NCBI GenBank assembly: GCA_035267785.1
Contig: DATFLL010000042.1
Location: 12,817 to 76,816 of the forward strand
Reading direction: 5' to 3'
DNA length: 64,000 nt
Source of the DNA: Gammaproteobacteria bacterium
GTDB taxonomy: Bacteria > Pseudomonadota > Gammaproteobacteria > DATFLL01
Of the stretch, positions 40,524 to 50,540 are shown in pieces. Positions within the stretch are counted from its first letter, which is position 1, and every line of letters starts with the position of its first letter. Made by a program: the position numbers and the translations under genes. The notes beneath the pieces were generated by a model that saw only the letters and a list, made by a program, of their open reading frames with translations, was not told where the DNA came from and searched no databases.

Positions 40524-40852
40524 AATATATGTACTCCCAAGGTTACCGGCACGGTACAGCGGTTCGGCGCGCCGGACAATCGGTATCGTCCCCGGGCCCG
40601 CGAAACGCCACATTACCACGCCGGCACGCCGGACCCCGGCCCGGGCGATTCGGCTCCCCGCCGTGGAGACACGCTCCGCACGGTCATTGACCGACACCTC
40701 CCCGGACGCGGTCGGCGCCGTCCGCACCGTTGGTTTCATAGCGTTTGCCGGTCCTTAAGCCAGCCTTCAGGTTGCGCTGCTAACGTTGGCCACGCTGAAT
40801 CGTGGTCCGGCACGGCGCGCACCCGCGTCGCCGGCCGCATGGAGAGGTCGGC

Positions 40853-42055
40853 ATGCTCATCCCGTCAACCGGCGCCAACAAGTCCGAGGCCCGTGCGCGC
40901 ACCCGCATCTGGGACGTGCCCGTGCGGGTGTTCCACTGGCTGTTTGCGCTGGCCTTCGGCGCCGCCTGGCTGAGCACGGGCGATCGCTATCTTTATCTGC
41001 ACGTCTTCGCGGGCTACGTGTTCGGTGCGCTGCTGGCCTTCCGTCTGGCATGGGGCATCGTCGGCGGCGGCCATGCACGGTTCGCCCGTTTTCTCTACTC
41101 GCCGGCGCAGGCGCTGTCCTACCTGCACGCGCTGGCCCGGCGTCGGGCGCCCGACTTCGGCGGGCACAATCCGGCCGGCAGCTGGGCGGTCTTCCTCATG
41201 CTCGCACTGGCCGCCGGCCTCGCCGCGACCGGCCTGCTCACGCTGGGCGGCCAGGAACAAGAAGGGCCCCTCGCCGGGACCCTCGGCTTCGGCGCGGGCG
41301 CCCTCCTGCGCGACGTGCACGCGGGACTGGCGTGGGCGCTCGCGGTGACCGCGGCGCTGCACGTCACCGGTGTACTGGCGGGCAGCCTCGCGCACCGCGA
41401 GAACCTGGTCGCCGCCATGGTCACGGGGCACAAACGTGCGACTGGCGAACGCGACGTGCGCGCGCGCGCCGGCATCGGGATCGCCATGGTGACGTTGCTA
41501 GCGGCGGCAGCGGCACTGTACTTCCGGCCCCTGGTGAGCGCGCCCCCGGGCAAGCCCTATCTTCCCTACACCGGCCCCCGACTGGCCGACGACACGACCT
41601 GGCGCACCGAGTGCGGCAGCTGCCACCTCGCCTACCAGCCGGGCCTGCTGCCGGCGCGGTCGTGGCGGCGCATGCTGGCCGGCCAGCACGACCATTTCGG
41701 CGAGGACCTGGCGCTGGATTCGACCACACTGCACACCGTCGAGGTCTTTCTTACCCGCCACGGCGCCGAGCGCGGGGAGACCGAACCGGCGTGGTACGTG
41801 GCTCATACCACCCCGGCGCGGGAGGTGCCGCTTCGGATCACCCGTACGGCGTACTGGCGGGGCAAACACGGGGGACTGGACCCCGGCGTCTGGTCACGCC
41901 CCGGCGTGCACGGCAAGGCCGACTGTGCGGCCTGTCACCTGGACGCCGCCGCCGGCACCTTCCGGGATGGCGCCATGCGTATCCCCGCGGCCGCGTTGAC
42001 GTGGCATGCACAAACATCCAACCCCACGCTTCTCGTGAAGGAGGCAAACCCATGA
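40853..42055 (+). CDS. cytochrome b561-family membrane domain fused to a C-terminal di-haem cytochrome c (DHC-like) domain
   Basis: N-terminus: His-containing TM helices (VRVFHWLFALAF, HAGLAWALAV). C-terminus: CGSCH and CAACH. Confidence 0.7.
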   Translation: MLIPSTGANKSEARARTRIWDVPVRVFHWLFALAFGAAWLSTGDRYLYLHVFAGYVFGALLAFRLAWGIVGGGHARFARFLYSPAQALSYLHALARRRAPDFGGHNPAGSWAVFLMLALAAGLAATGLLTLGGQEQEGPLAGTLGFGAGALLRDVHAGLAWALAVTAALHVTGVLAGSLAHRENLVAAMVTGHKRATGERDVRARAGIGIAMVTLLAAAAALYFRPLVSAPPGKPYLPYTGPRLADDTTWRTECGSCHLAYQPGLLPARSWRRMLAGQHDHFGEDLALDSTTLHTVEVFLTRHGAERGETEPAWYVAHTTPAREVPLRITRTAYWRGKHGGLDPGVWSRPGVHGKADCAACHLDAAAGTFRDGAMRIPAAALTWHAQTSNPTLLVKEANP

Positions 42056-42450
42056 AGTTATTGATACTCGCGGCCGCCGCGGCCGCGGCCCTGGCCGTTG
42101 TACCGGCCCACGCCGGCGACGCCACCGCCCCGCTGCTCGAGGGCTACCGGGCCGCAGGCGCCGGTCCCTTCGACGCCGCGGCCGGGCGTGCCCTGTGGAC
42201 GCAGAGACACCCCGGCCGGGATGGCGAACGCAGTTGCAGCACGTGCCACACGGCCAACCTGCGCCAGGCCGGGCGACACGCGCGTACCGGCAAGGCCATC
42301 GAACCGATGGCCCCGTCGGTCAACGCAAAACGCCTGGCCGACGCGGCCAAGATCGAAAAATGGTTCACGCGCAACTGCAAGTGGACCCTCGGCCGCGCCT
42401 GCACCGCCCAGGAAAAGGGCGACATCCTGACCTTCATCAAATCTCAATAG
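42052..42450 (+). CDS. DUF1924-family periplasmic protein with single CxxCH
   Basis: Signal peptide plus CSTCHT. Strong RBS GAAGGAGG. Start overlaps the upstream stop. Confidence 0.65.
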   Translation: MKLLILAAAAAAALAVVPAHAGDATAPLLEGYRAAGAGPFDAAAGRALWTQRHPGRDGERSCSTCHTANLRQAGRHARTGKAIEPMAPSVNAKRLADAAKIEKWFTRNCKWTLGRACTAQEKGDILTFIKSQ

Positions 42451-42473
42451 CCGACACCGCACCGAGGTAACCC

Positions 42474-43004
42474 ATGAAGACGAAATTCATCATCGCCGCC
42501 CTGATACTCGGCTCACCCGCAGCGGCACTGGTGGGGCTCGACCCATTGCACAACGGCGAGGTCCGGGCCGCCGAGGCCGCCGCGCCCAAGAGCGATCAGA
42601 CGACCCGATCACGCTACCGAGCCGAATGCGGCGCCTGCCACGTAGCCTATCCGGCCCGCATGCTGCCGCCCCACGCATGGAAGCGCATCATGCAGAATCT
42701 CGAGCGCCACTACGGCGACAACGCCGAGCTCTCGCCCGCACTACAGGCCGAGCTGACCGGCTACCTGCTGGACCACGCCCGTAAGCCGCGGCGCTATTCC
42801 GAACCGGCCGCCAACGAACTGCCGCGTATCACCACCCAGCGCTGGTTCACGCACGAGCACGGCGAGCTGCCCCGCCGGATGGTCCAGGGCAATCCCAAGG
42901 TCGGCTCGTTCAGCAACTGCGCCGCCTGTCACAGCGCGGCGACGCAGGGCCACTTCAGTGAGCACGGCGTGCGGATCCCCGGCTACGGGCGGTGGGACGA
43001 CTGA
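42474..43004 (+). CDS. di-haem cytochrome c (DHC family)
   Basis: Signal peptide with CGACH and CAACH motifs. Confidence 0.7.
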   Translation: MKTKFIIAALILGSPAAALVGLDPLHNGEVRAAEAAAPKSDQTTRSRYRAECGACHVAYPARMLPPHAWKRIMQNLERHYGDNAELSPALQAELTGYLLDHARKPRRYSEPAANELPRITTQRWFTHEHGELPRRMVQGNPKVGSFSNCAACHSAATQGHFSEHGVRIPGYGRWDD

Positions 43005-43032
43005 CGACGAATGGCCCGGCGGCGCCGATGCG

Positions 43033-44736
43033 CTACAACAGGGCGCGCACGGCATCCGCCAGCCGATCGGCATCACCGAAGGGAACATGACGGATACCCC
43101 TCGACCTGTCTTCCGGGATGCCGCAGCCGGGCGAAATCACCAGATTGGCGCCCGCGGCGTGGGCCCGAAGCAGTTGTCTCGGCCAATACTCGAACAGGGC
43201 CGGCTGCACCACCGTGTGGACCCGACCCCAGTCGAGGGATTCGGCGGGTTGTCGGTCGATCGGCAGGCCTTTCCAGAAATCGGCCGCCTCAAGGTCCGGC
43301 CCCACCAAGGTCAGGTGAAGGCCGGTCTGTCGTATCATGTCGCGCACGGCATAGGCGCCCTTTCGTGCCAGCGTCGGGCCGAAAAAGACCAGCGTATCGC
43401 GCGGCGCATCCGGGCCAACATCGCCGGGGTGTGCCGGCACTTCCCACGGCAGGCGCACGACATTATCGAAGAGCTCGGCAATCTGTGCGTGCGGCGTGAC
43501 AATCTGCCTGGCAGCACGCAGGGCGTTCGCCTCCGCCTCGACGAACCATCGGGGCGCGCGGAATTCGCGCAGGGTCCGGCTCGCCGAGTAGAGCCGACTG
43601 GCGACATCGAGCTCCAGCTCGAGTACCGCCGCGGGCAGGCGATACATGAGAACGTCGACGGTACGGCCGCCGAGCAGCCCCGCGAGCCAAAGATAGGGCA
43701 GCAACGGCTGCGCCACACACAAATGCTCGGCGTCGAAGGCCAGGTGCCGGCCGTAACGCACCGCCAGCGCCTCGGCCATCCGGAAGTGGGTCTTGGCGAC
43801 AGTTCTGCCGCGCGCCGCCGCGTAGCGCAGAGCCAGCGAACGGCGTATCCGAAACAAGGGAAACTCCATGACCTGCCCCGCCAGCCCGCTGTCCCAATTC
43901 TGGCCGCCGCGCGTGCGAAATGGTATCAGGACCTGATCCTCCAACCGTACGTTCGCTCGGAGGTGCGTGCCGAGCTCGGGGCGGTATTCGTCAAGGAGGT
44001 AGGCCGTCCTCGACTCGGCAGCAGACCGCGGCGGCATGACCGCCTCGAAACGGTTGACGCCCGAACGCTCATGAACGGCATCCGGCGTGGGCGGAGATTT
44101 GCTGCGCAGGCGCACGACGAGTGCGTCCCGGGTGAGGTGGCTTTCGATCAGCAGGGGTGCGGAGGAACGGAATCGCAAATCGACGTAATTCCAAAAAAGC
44201 GTCGCGTCCCGCTCCGGGTGATGGGGCACGTCCGCGGGCAGGACCGTGTGGCGGTGATGTTCGAGAAGGTCCAAGCCCGCGCCGGTGGCCAACTCGAGCA
44301 ACGAGCCGGACAATTGACACAATCCGCCGCCGGTCGTTGGAATCACGCACCCTTCGCGTACCTCCCGCCCCTTCACGTAACCGCGCAACCGCCACGGCGG
44401 TCCGACGTGGCGCCAGAAGCTGAACGTGCGGCCGGGATCGAGGACCAGGCCATCGAGGCGGCGACAGGCCAGGCGGAGATTCTGAATCTTGCCCAGCAGG
44501 AGCGGACGCTCGCTGGCGCCGGCCACGGTATACAGAGGTGAGGTCGATTCGCCAACGACAAACGGGAAGTCGGCCTTCGCGCCCTTGGCGAGACGGGGCG
44601 GACCGGCGAGCAGATCGACCAGCCAGCGCCTGATCTGCAGGCCCTTGGACCTGAACAGAAAGGACGCGTCGACGGCAAGCAGGCGCAGATTCGGTCGCCT
44701 GGTTCTGAGCGAGCTTGGATCGAGTGGTTCCACCAT
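43033..44736 (-). CDS. VanW-domain protein fused to a C-terminal glycosyltransferase-like (GT-B half) domain
   Basis: VanW core GGGLCQLSGSLLELATGAGLDLLEHHRHT. The C-terminal region has a Rossmann-like VFFGPTLARKGAY pattern. Confidence 0.6.
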   Translation of the reverse strand: MVEPLDPSSLRTRRPNLRLLAVDASFLFRSKGLQIRRWLVDLLAGPPRLAKGAKADFPFVVGESTSPLYTVAGASERPLLLGKIQNLRLACRRLDGLVLDPGRTFSFWRHVGPPWRLRGYVKGREVREGCVIPTTGGGLCQLSGSLLELATGAGLDLLEHHRHTVLPADVPHHPERDATLFWNYVDLRFRSSAPLLIESHLTRDALVVRLRSKSPPTPDAVHERSGVNRFEAVMPPRSAAESRTAYLLDEYRPELGTHLRANVRLEDQVLIPFRTRGGQNWDSGLAGQVMEFPLFRIRRSLALRYAAARGRTVAKTHFRMAEALAVRYGRHLAFDAEHLCVAQPLLPYLWLAGLLGGRTVDVLMYRLPAAVLELELDVASRLYSASRTLREFRAPRWFVEAEANALRAARQIVTPHAQIAELFDNVVRLPWEVPAHPGDVGPDAPRDTLVFFGPTLARKGAYAVRDMIRQTGLHLTLVGPDLEAADFWKGLPIDRQPAESLDWGRVHTVVQPALFEYWPRQLLRAHAAGANLVISPGCGIPEDRSRGIRHVPFGDADRLADAVRALL

Positions 44737-44898
44737 CGCGCGGAGGTCAGGCCGTAGGGTCAGTCTGAATGGATCGCGCCCGGCTCCACTGGATGGACAC
44801 GTTCCGATCCGGGCGGCAAATATGCCGTGTTAATTGTTATCGGCAGGACCACCGACGCCTGAAACCCGCATCGGGCCGAGCGGGCGCCGCTGGAGCCC

Positions 44899-45210
44899 CT
44901 AGTCGTCACAGGACCGGTTTGCGAACAACAGGCCGCCGACGATCTGACCCAGCCACCAATCGGGGTCCGCGAGCTCTTCGTCCTCCTCGGCCTGCGCATC
45001 CCGGCGGATCTTCCTCGCCGCCTTTTCGTAGGGCTCGGCCAGTCGGTCCTCGTTGGTGAAGCGGTAGCTCCTGGCGATGGCCTCGTAAGTGCTCGCCTTC
45101 TGTTCGGCGTCCGGCGATATGTCGTTGTCCCGCGGGCACACCGACGCCGCGCAGCCGCCGAGCGCGAATGCGATGTGCAATACAGCGGCACCCCGCCAGA
45201 CTCGCCTCAT
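44899..45210 (-). CDS. small lipoprotein (hypothetical)
   Basis: Lipobox ALGGCAAS. Acidic C-terminal half. Confidence 0.5.
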   Translation of the reverse strand: MRRVWRGAAVLHIAFALGGCAASVCPRDNDISPDAEQKASTYEAIARSYRFTNEDRLAEPYEKAARKIRRDAQAEEDEELADPDWWLGQIVGGLLFANRSCDD

Positions 45211-45509
45211 CGAGCTAGGCATAACAACGGCTCGCGGACGACACCCGGCTGGTCGGAACCAGCGCAAGCGGCGTTGGCCTGTCAGTGAATCCGATAGTCG
45301 CCACGGTACACCGTCCCTAGTAACTGAAAGCGGCACCGAAGACCCTCGCCGGCGTTGACCTCACATAGCGCCCCCCGCTCGCGGGCCAAGTGGCCGGCAA
45401 GAGCCCTCTGCTCTGTATCGGTTATGACGAGGAGGCACTTGAGCGGCCGACCAGACGTCGTTCGTCCAGCCCGCTCACGCAGCCGGGCCGCAGGTGGGAG
45501 GTGAGGAAC

Positions 45510-46013
45510 TCATCGGGAATGGACTTCGTCCGCCAATGCGTTCAGCGCCGTGCCCTGCAGCCGGTAGATATCCCATTGGCCCTTGGCGGTGGCGCCGATG
45601 GCCTCGTAAAACCCGACTGCCCCTTCGTCCGAGGACAGCACCCACCACTCCAGACGACTGCAGCCCCGCTGGCGGGTCAGGTCGGCCAGGTACGCCAGCA
45701 GATAACGACCGATGCCGGCGCCGCGCCAGTTGCCGCGCACATACAGGTCTTCCAGGTGAATGCCGCAGCGGCCACGGAAGGTGGAATAGTTGTCGTAGAA
45801 CAGCGCGAAACCGGCCGGGTCGCCGTCGGCGTAGGCGATGACCACCTCGGCCTTGGGCCGGCGGCCGAACAGGGCATCGTGCAGGTCCGCTTCGGTGGCC
45901 ACGACTTCGTGCGCGAGTCCCAGGTGATCGGCCAGCGACTCGATCATGTCGTGGACCAGCGCGACGTCCGCCTCGGTCGCGGCTTCGATACGGATCTCTG
46001 GCAGTTCCCCCAT
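45510..46013 (-). CDS. GNAT family N-acetyltransferase
   Basis: RGAGIGRYLLAYLADL motif A region. Confidence 0.75.
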   Translation of the reverse strand: MGELPEIRIEAATEADVALVHDMIESLADHLGLAHEVVATEADLHDALFGRRPKAEVVIAYADGDPAGFALFYDNYSTFRGRCGIHLEDLYVRGNWRGAGIGRYLLAYLADLTRQRGCSRLEWWVLSSDEGAVGFYEAIGATAKGQWDIYRLQGTALNALADEVHSR

Positions 46014-46092
46014 TGCTATAACATAGCCTGGCGAACGAACCTTTTTCAATTTCGGCGGGGGAACAAGCCTGCCTGTCCGGCCCGGGCCTTAG

Positions 46093-46530
46093 CTAAGGAA
46101 TCGGATGGACTCCGGTATCGAGTCGAAAGGGGGCACCGTCAGCCAGCGGGAATCGCGTACTGCCGGCGAGCCCGCTCGTAAAATAATGCACGGTGGCACC
46201 GTCCTCATCACCCACGAAAGAACCCTTGCACTGGTAATGACTGGCGGTCGCCGGATCAACGCCGGGATTGGCATCGAAGTGGACTGTCGTGCTGCCTACA
46301 TACGCACCGCCGGTGATATTTACGCGTCCGCGGCCGATACCGATGTTCCTACCACCGAGCCGCGGCTCGTTCGTGTATATCCAGCAGGCTACGAGCATGG
46401 CGTCGACGTTGGGTGGCAGACTGCGAAGCTGCAGCGGAATCGTAATGTTGAAGTCCGCCGCACGCACGCCGCTCCACACCAGAAGGGATGCACAAACCAG
46501 CAGTGCGCGAATAACGTTCAATTGGTTCAT
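46093..46530 (-). CDS. secreted hypothetical protein (145 aa)
   Basis: Signal peptide MNQLNVIRALLVCASLLVWSGVRA. Lies inside a longer spurious ORF. Confidence 0.45.
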   Translation of the reverse strand: MNQLNVIRALLVCASLLVWSGVRAADFNITIPLQLRSLPPNVDAMLVACWIYTNEPRLGGRNIGIGRGRVNITGGAYVGSTTVHFDANPGVDPATASHYQCKGSFVGDEDGATVHYFTSGLAGSTRFPLADGAPFRLDTGVHPIP

Positions 46531-46574
46531 GTGTTGTCCTCGCAATTCAGTTGGCGGCACAAGGCCTCCCGGCG

Positions 46575-47351
46575 TCAATGCAGTGTGCCGGTTCCGGTGA
46601 GGGTAAAGCCGGCAGCAGCGTTGAAGCTCTTGGAAGTGAACGGTGCGCGCTCGGTGAGCTCGCCGACACCGGTGACCGACAATTCGTCCGTGGTGAATGT
46701 CCGGGGTGAAAATGGACCGCGTGTTGCCAGCGCCCCGGTCCCCGTCACCGTGAAAGCGAGTGTCCGCAGCGAGTGGGGACCGGAGGTGCCCGAGGCGAGC
46801 GGACTGCGCGCCGGCATAGCCTGTCGCGACGACGGCAATCCGCCCCGAGCCCCCTTCGGCAGCGGGCTTTGCGGCGAGGGTCGTGAGAGCGCCGCCGATT
46901 TTGAGGGGCGGTGCGGGGGCTGGATACCAGGCCGTATCCGCGAATGGGGCGCTTGAAGATTTTGTTGAAGGTGCGGCTTGCGCACCGGGGCACGTAGAGC
47001 AGTTGCGGACTGGGATTGGCCGGGTTTGTGCGCCTTGCGCTTGGCAACCCCCTTGTTGCACTTGGCGAGCTGCCGCGCAGTGAGCCTTTTCTTCGGATGC
47101 CCGTAGAACGCGATAGCGCCGACTCGTCGCGCCAGAGCATGACATGCGCGCACGGCGGGACGCGGCCACGGACCTGCCGTGGTGCACCGGCGGCCCGCAC
47201 ACTTCCAGCGGACCCCACCGGCCATTACCACGCCCTGCTTGGCGACGGGCGCGGCGGTCCGTGCCGTATAGTGGTACGTGGCGGCCAGCGCAGCGATCGG
47301 CAGGAACGCAGTCAAAATGCACGCGACAATCATCGGCGAACGGTATGCCAC
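46575..47351 (-). CDS. secreted Pro-rich hypothetical protein with C-terminal F/T-x-TGTG repeats
   Basis: Signal peptide. Repeats FTVTGTGALATRGPF, ELSVTGVGELTERAPF and FTLTGTGTLH. Confidence 0.4.
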   Translation of the reverse strand: MAYRSPMIVACILTAFLPIAALAATYHYTARTAAPVAKQGVVMAGGVRWKCAGRRCTTAGPWPRPAVRACHALARRVGAIAFYGHPKKRLTARQLAKCNKGVAKRKAHKPGQSQSATALRAPVRKPHLQQNLQAPHSRIRPGIQPPHRPSKSAALSRPSPQSPLPKGARGGLPSSRQAMPARSPLASGTSGPHSLRTLAFTVTGTGALATRGPFSPRTFTTDELSVTGVGELTERAPFTSKSFNAAAGFTLTGTGTLH

Positions 47352-47711
47352 TTATCCCCCCAAGGCAGCATATTTACCCAAAAAGCCTAGGTGCGCCGCA
47401 CCGTCGGGTCAAGGCACTCGGCCCTATTACAGTGGCCGTGAGGCGGCGCGAGTCCGACGCCACGCTGCACTCCCGGCATCGGCGCGGCATGTACACATCC
47501 GCGTACAGACACCCAGGCTGGTCGACCACCGCCCGACACTCTCGGCGAAGCGAGAACCGGGCCGTGCCGCCGAGATACCTCGCGTCGTGAACGCACGGGT
47601 GCGTCTGGTAACGTACCGCCTGGAAAGGCGGGAAGGGACGAGCAAGCCGCTCGCCCCTGCCGGCGTATTGCACGGGACCTCGGACCGCTTCGAATTCGGC
47701 GCCTATCCCAC

Positions 47712-48725
47712 TCAGCGCGAAGCGGTTGGAACGTTATTGGTCTCCAAGGTGTGACGGATTTGTGCCGCGCGTAAAAAAGTGGTGTTGTTCGTCATAACAC
47801 AATCGTCGTTCTGCGGATTGCCGTCCATCCGGATGTCGGGATCGTAGACCAGCATCGCCTTGTAACTGGCACTGAACTCACCGGATTTGTACCAGTGTTC
47901 GATCGTGTACACGACGGCACTGCTATCGGCACCGGGGTTGACGGTCACCTCGCGGAACGAGCGGCTCGGAATCACTTCGGACTTCAACAAGCGTGAGCCT
48001 TCATAGAGGTTGAGGCGCACCTGTCGCCGATTGGAGACGAACGGCCCATTGCCGCGATTGTGCGCCTGCATCAGTATTTTGAAGATGTACGAACCGTCGG
48101 GATGGCGGGCCGGCCAGCCGATGCGCAGCTTGGGGACAAGATCCGGACAGCGGCGGGTGAGCGGACGCGGCTGGACCTGGGGCAGCCCCGAGGGCCGCTG
48201 GTTCGCCAGTCCGGGCTTGAGGTGAGCGGCTGCCGCTCCCTTCGGGGTGGCATTTGCCGTTCCACCATGGCGCGAGATCCTGAAGTTGCGATGGTTGCTG
48301 GAACGCTTGTGACCGTTGTACCAGACGTGGACGTAAACGTCGTAGTAACCCGGGGTTGCGCTGCGCGGGATCACGCCAACGATGCGGGTATCCGACCAGC
48401 TGCGGACCTGCAGGATAGGAGGCCGCGATCCGCCCAAGGATTGATTCAGTGATACAACGTGACGGTTGGAAGCAGGCCCGAAACAACGGCCCGTGAGCGT
48501 AAGGGTCGTCCCGGCATATCCCTGGTAGGGCCGGATGCCGTCGAGGCGCGGCCGCGTGCAGGGCAACTTGATCGGCTTCACCTGCTGCGCTGGGAGCTTT
48601 TGCTGAGGTGTCAGCGGTACCTTGACGGTCGGACCGGCGATTCCCGAGCCGGCCACGGCGGGTACTTGGAGCGAAACAAGGGCGGCACCGAACAGGACGG
48701 CGGCCCCCAGACGAAAATGACTCAT
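47712..48725 (-). CDS. secreted hypothetical protein with IPT/TIG-like and CARDB-like beta-sandwich regions
   Basis: Signal peptide MSHFRLGAAVLFGAALVSLQVPAVA. Pattern: GTTLTLTGRCFGP...YYDVYV. Confidence 0.5.
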   Translation of the reverse strand: MSHFRLGAAVLFGAALVSLQVPAVAGSGIAGPTVKVPLTPQQKLPAQQVKPIKLPCTRPRLDGIRPYQGYAGTTLTLTGRCFGPASNRHVVSLNQSLGGSRPPILQVRSWSDTRIVGVIPRSATPGYYDVYVHVWYNGHKRSSNHRNFRISRHGGTANATPKGAAAAHLKPGLANQRPSGLPQVQPRPLTRRCPDLVPKLRIGWPARHPDGSYIFKILMQAHNRGNGPFVSNRRQVRLNLYEGSRLLKSEVIPSRSFREVTVNPGADSSAVVYTIEHWYKSGEFSASYKAMLVYDPDIRMDGNPQNDDCVMTNNTTFLRAAQIRHTLETNNVPTASR

Positions 48726-49143
48726 TATTCTTTTCCTCGTCGTTATAGTCAGAGTGGACCTGTCCGTTGGTCGCCCGGTATCGCTATTCGGTTCAACGGC
48801 ACGCCCGCCCGGGGAAAGCATCAATGGAAGGCCAAGAGAATCAGATGGTTATAAAAGAAGGGCCGAAATGATTGAGGGTCGGGCGTATCCCGGTATCGAG
48901 TCGGCAAGGTGCGCCCGCGGCGCGCAGGGCGACGCGCTACCTCATACGGGCCCAGGCCGACGTGGCGCACCTCAGTCGCGGTCGATCGTATCGCCGCAGC
49001 TTGCGCCGCGCTCGGGGGGCGTTTCCTCGTCGAGCCAGGCGGCCCGCTCTTCCCTGAGCAGGCGCTTGTCCCGCGAACGCTGACCACCCCGGCTGCGCTG
49101 GTGCACCCCGCCCTTTCGCATCAACGGATGCCGGGCGTAGCGA

Positions 49144-50121
49144 TTACGCGGTGCGGGCACAGCGCACCTCCCGCAATTTCAGACGCTGCCACGCCGGCGT
49201 CGCGACCTTGCGGTACTCGCGGCGGAACGTCTTGTCCGCCAACAGGAACTCCGGCGCCCGCTCGGTCGCTTCGAAACAGAAACGGCGCGGCAGCGTGGTG
49301 TACAACGAGCGCGGCGGCCGTCGGCCCTGGATATTCTTGAGCCGGCATCCGGTTTCGAACTCGTGGTAGTAGATCGTGTCGATGCCGAGCTCGCGGTGAA
49401 TAAAATCAATAGCCACCGCCAGCATGGCCTCGGCCCATATCGCCTGATACGGGGCCAGGACATACTCGACATAATCGACGACGGCTCGAGCCTCGCCCTG
49501 GACTCCATACCACCCCACCCGGCCACGGCCCTCACTCAGGCAAGCGCGGGCATGGTGGAGCAATGCCGCTGCCTGGCGCACCCAGTCGCTTTGCACTTCC
49601 TCGACAAGCGCCTCGCCGTAACCGAGGTCGGCGTCGATACGCGCCCAGGCCAGCGTCTCCCGAAACAGCTCCCGCCGACCCTCTCGCATCACCGGGTGGC
49701 CGTAACCGTTCAGCATCGCGCTGTGACAAGGCTGCACCTGTCTGCGATAGCGCCGATCGTGCGCACTGGAGAAATTCAGTTGCAGCACCAGGTTCAAACC
49801 GCGACGCGAGGTCTGCGACCAGCGTGACCGGCGGCCATCCCAGTGGCTCAGCGTCAACACGAAGGCCTGTGCATCATCGGCCCACACGAGGTCGACCAGA
49901 CGCGGGTCGATCCAGCCGTCCCCGCACGCCGCCAACAGCGCCTTGACAGGCCGCCGCTCGAGCAGTGGAGCGTAACGGCTCGCCTTCAGGTCGGCCACGC
50001 TCGTGCCCGCGCCGATCAGGTGGCGCAACAGCAATAGAGCGAAGCGGTCCTTGAAGTAGTGGAATACCGTGCGTCCCCGGGGAAGGCACTCAATGATTTC
50101 GCATAATTCTTTGTTGTCCAT
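49144..50121 (-). CDS. hypothetical cytoplasmic protein (about 325 aa)
   Basis: Long ORF with coding-like composition, starting MDNKELCEIIECL. No recognisable family. Confidence 0.45.
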   Translation of the reverse strand: MDNKELCEIIECLPRGRTVFHYFKDRFALLLLRHLIGAGTSVADLKASRYAPLLERRPVKALLAACGDGWIDPRLVDLVWADDAQAFVLTLSHWDGRRSRWSQTSRRGLNLVLQLNFSSAHDRRYRRQVQPCHSAMLNGYGHPVMREGRRELFRETLAWARIDADLGYGEALVEEVQSDWVRQAAALLHHARACLSEGRGRVGWYGVQGEARAVVDYVEYVLAPYQAIWAEAMLAVAIDFIHRELGIDTIYYHEFETGCRLKNIQGRRPPRSLYTTLPRRFCFEATERAPEFLLADKTFRREYRKVATPAWQRLKLREVRCARTA

Positions 50122-50207
50122 TGTCTTCACCGATAATCGCCTGATGCAGGCGCAACGGGGCCTGCGCCCGCGTCCGGCGGGCCTAATCAGCATTCGGGCA
50201 TGAAAAA

Positions 50208-50292
50208 AGCCCTGGAATGAAGTCGTCCAGGGCTTTCAGAGGAGACCCGGAAGACAAACGCGTGTCTGCCCTCCGGTTGGAAATCGGAGGGC
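50208..50292. other. two GC-rich stem-loops in a 350-nt intergenic region (AGCCCTGGA-loop-TCCAGGGCT; GCCCTCCG-loop-CGGAGGGC)
   Basis: Perfect 9-bp and 8-bp stems. The first is flanked by an A-tract and TT. Confidence 0.3.
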
Positions 50293-50540
50293 TACTCGAT
50301 TGGTTTCGGTATGTTTCGATCCATTCGCATTAGCCTCATCAATCTTCACTCGAACAGTGTGGTGGGACTGAAATTAAGAAGCGAAATTCTAGTTCGTATT
50401 CGGTGGATGTCAACCTGAGCCCGGAAAAAATGCCAAGAATACGGTATTCCGGCGCTTCCGACGCAACGGCACCCACCCCCGCCTCCAATCGTGGTCGACT
50501 ATACTAATGGCGTGTCAGTCGGCTGCAGGCGGAGGCAAGT

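Noticed and set aside
50194-50400. tRNA- or tmRNA-like gene suggested by hairpins and a GTTTCGATCC segment
   Set aside because: No 7-bp acceptor stem, D-arm or 7-nt anticodon loop could be assembled. The stems have 9-nt loops.
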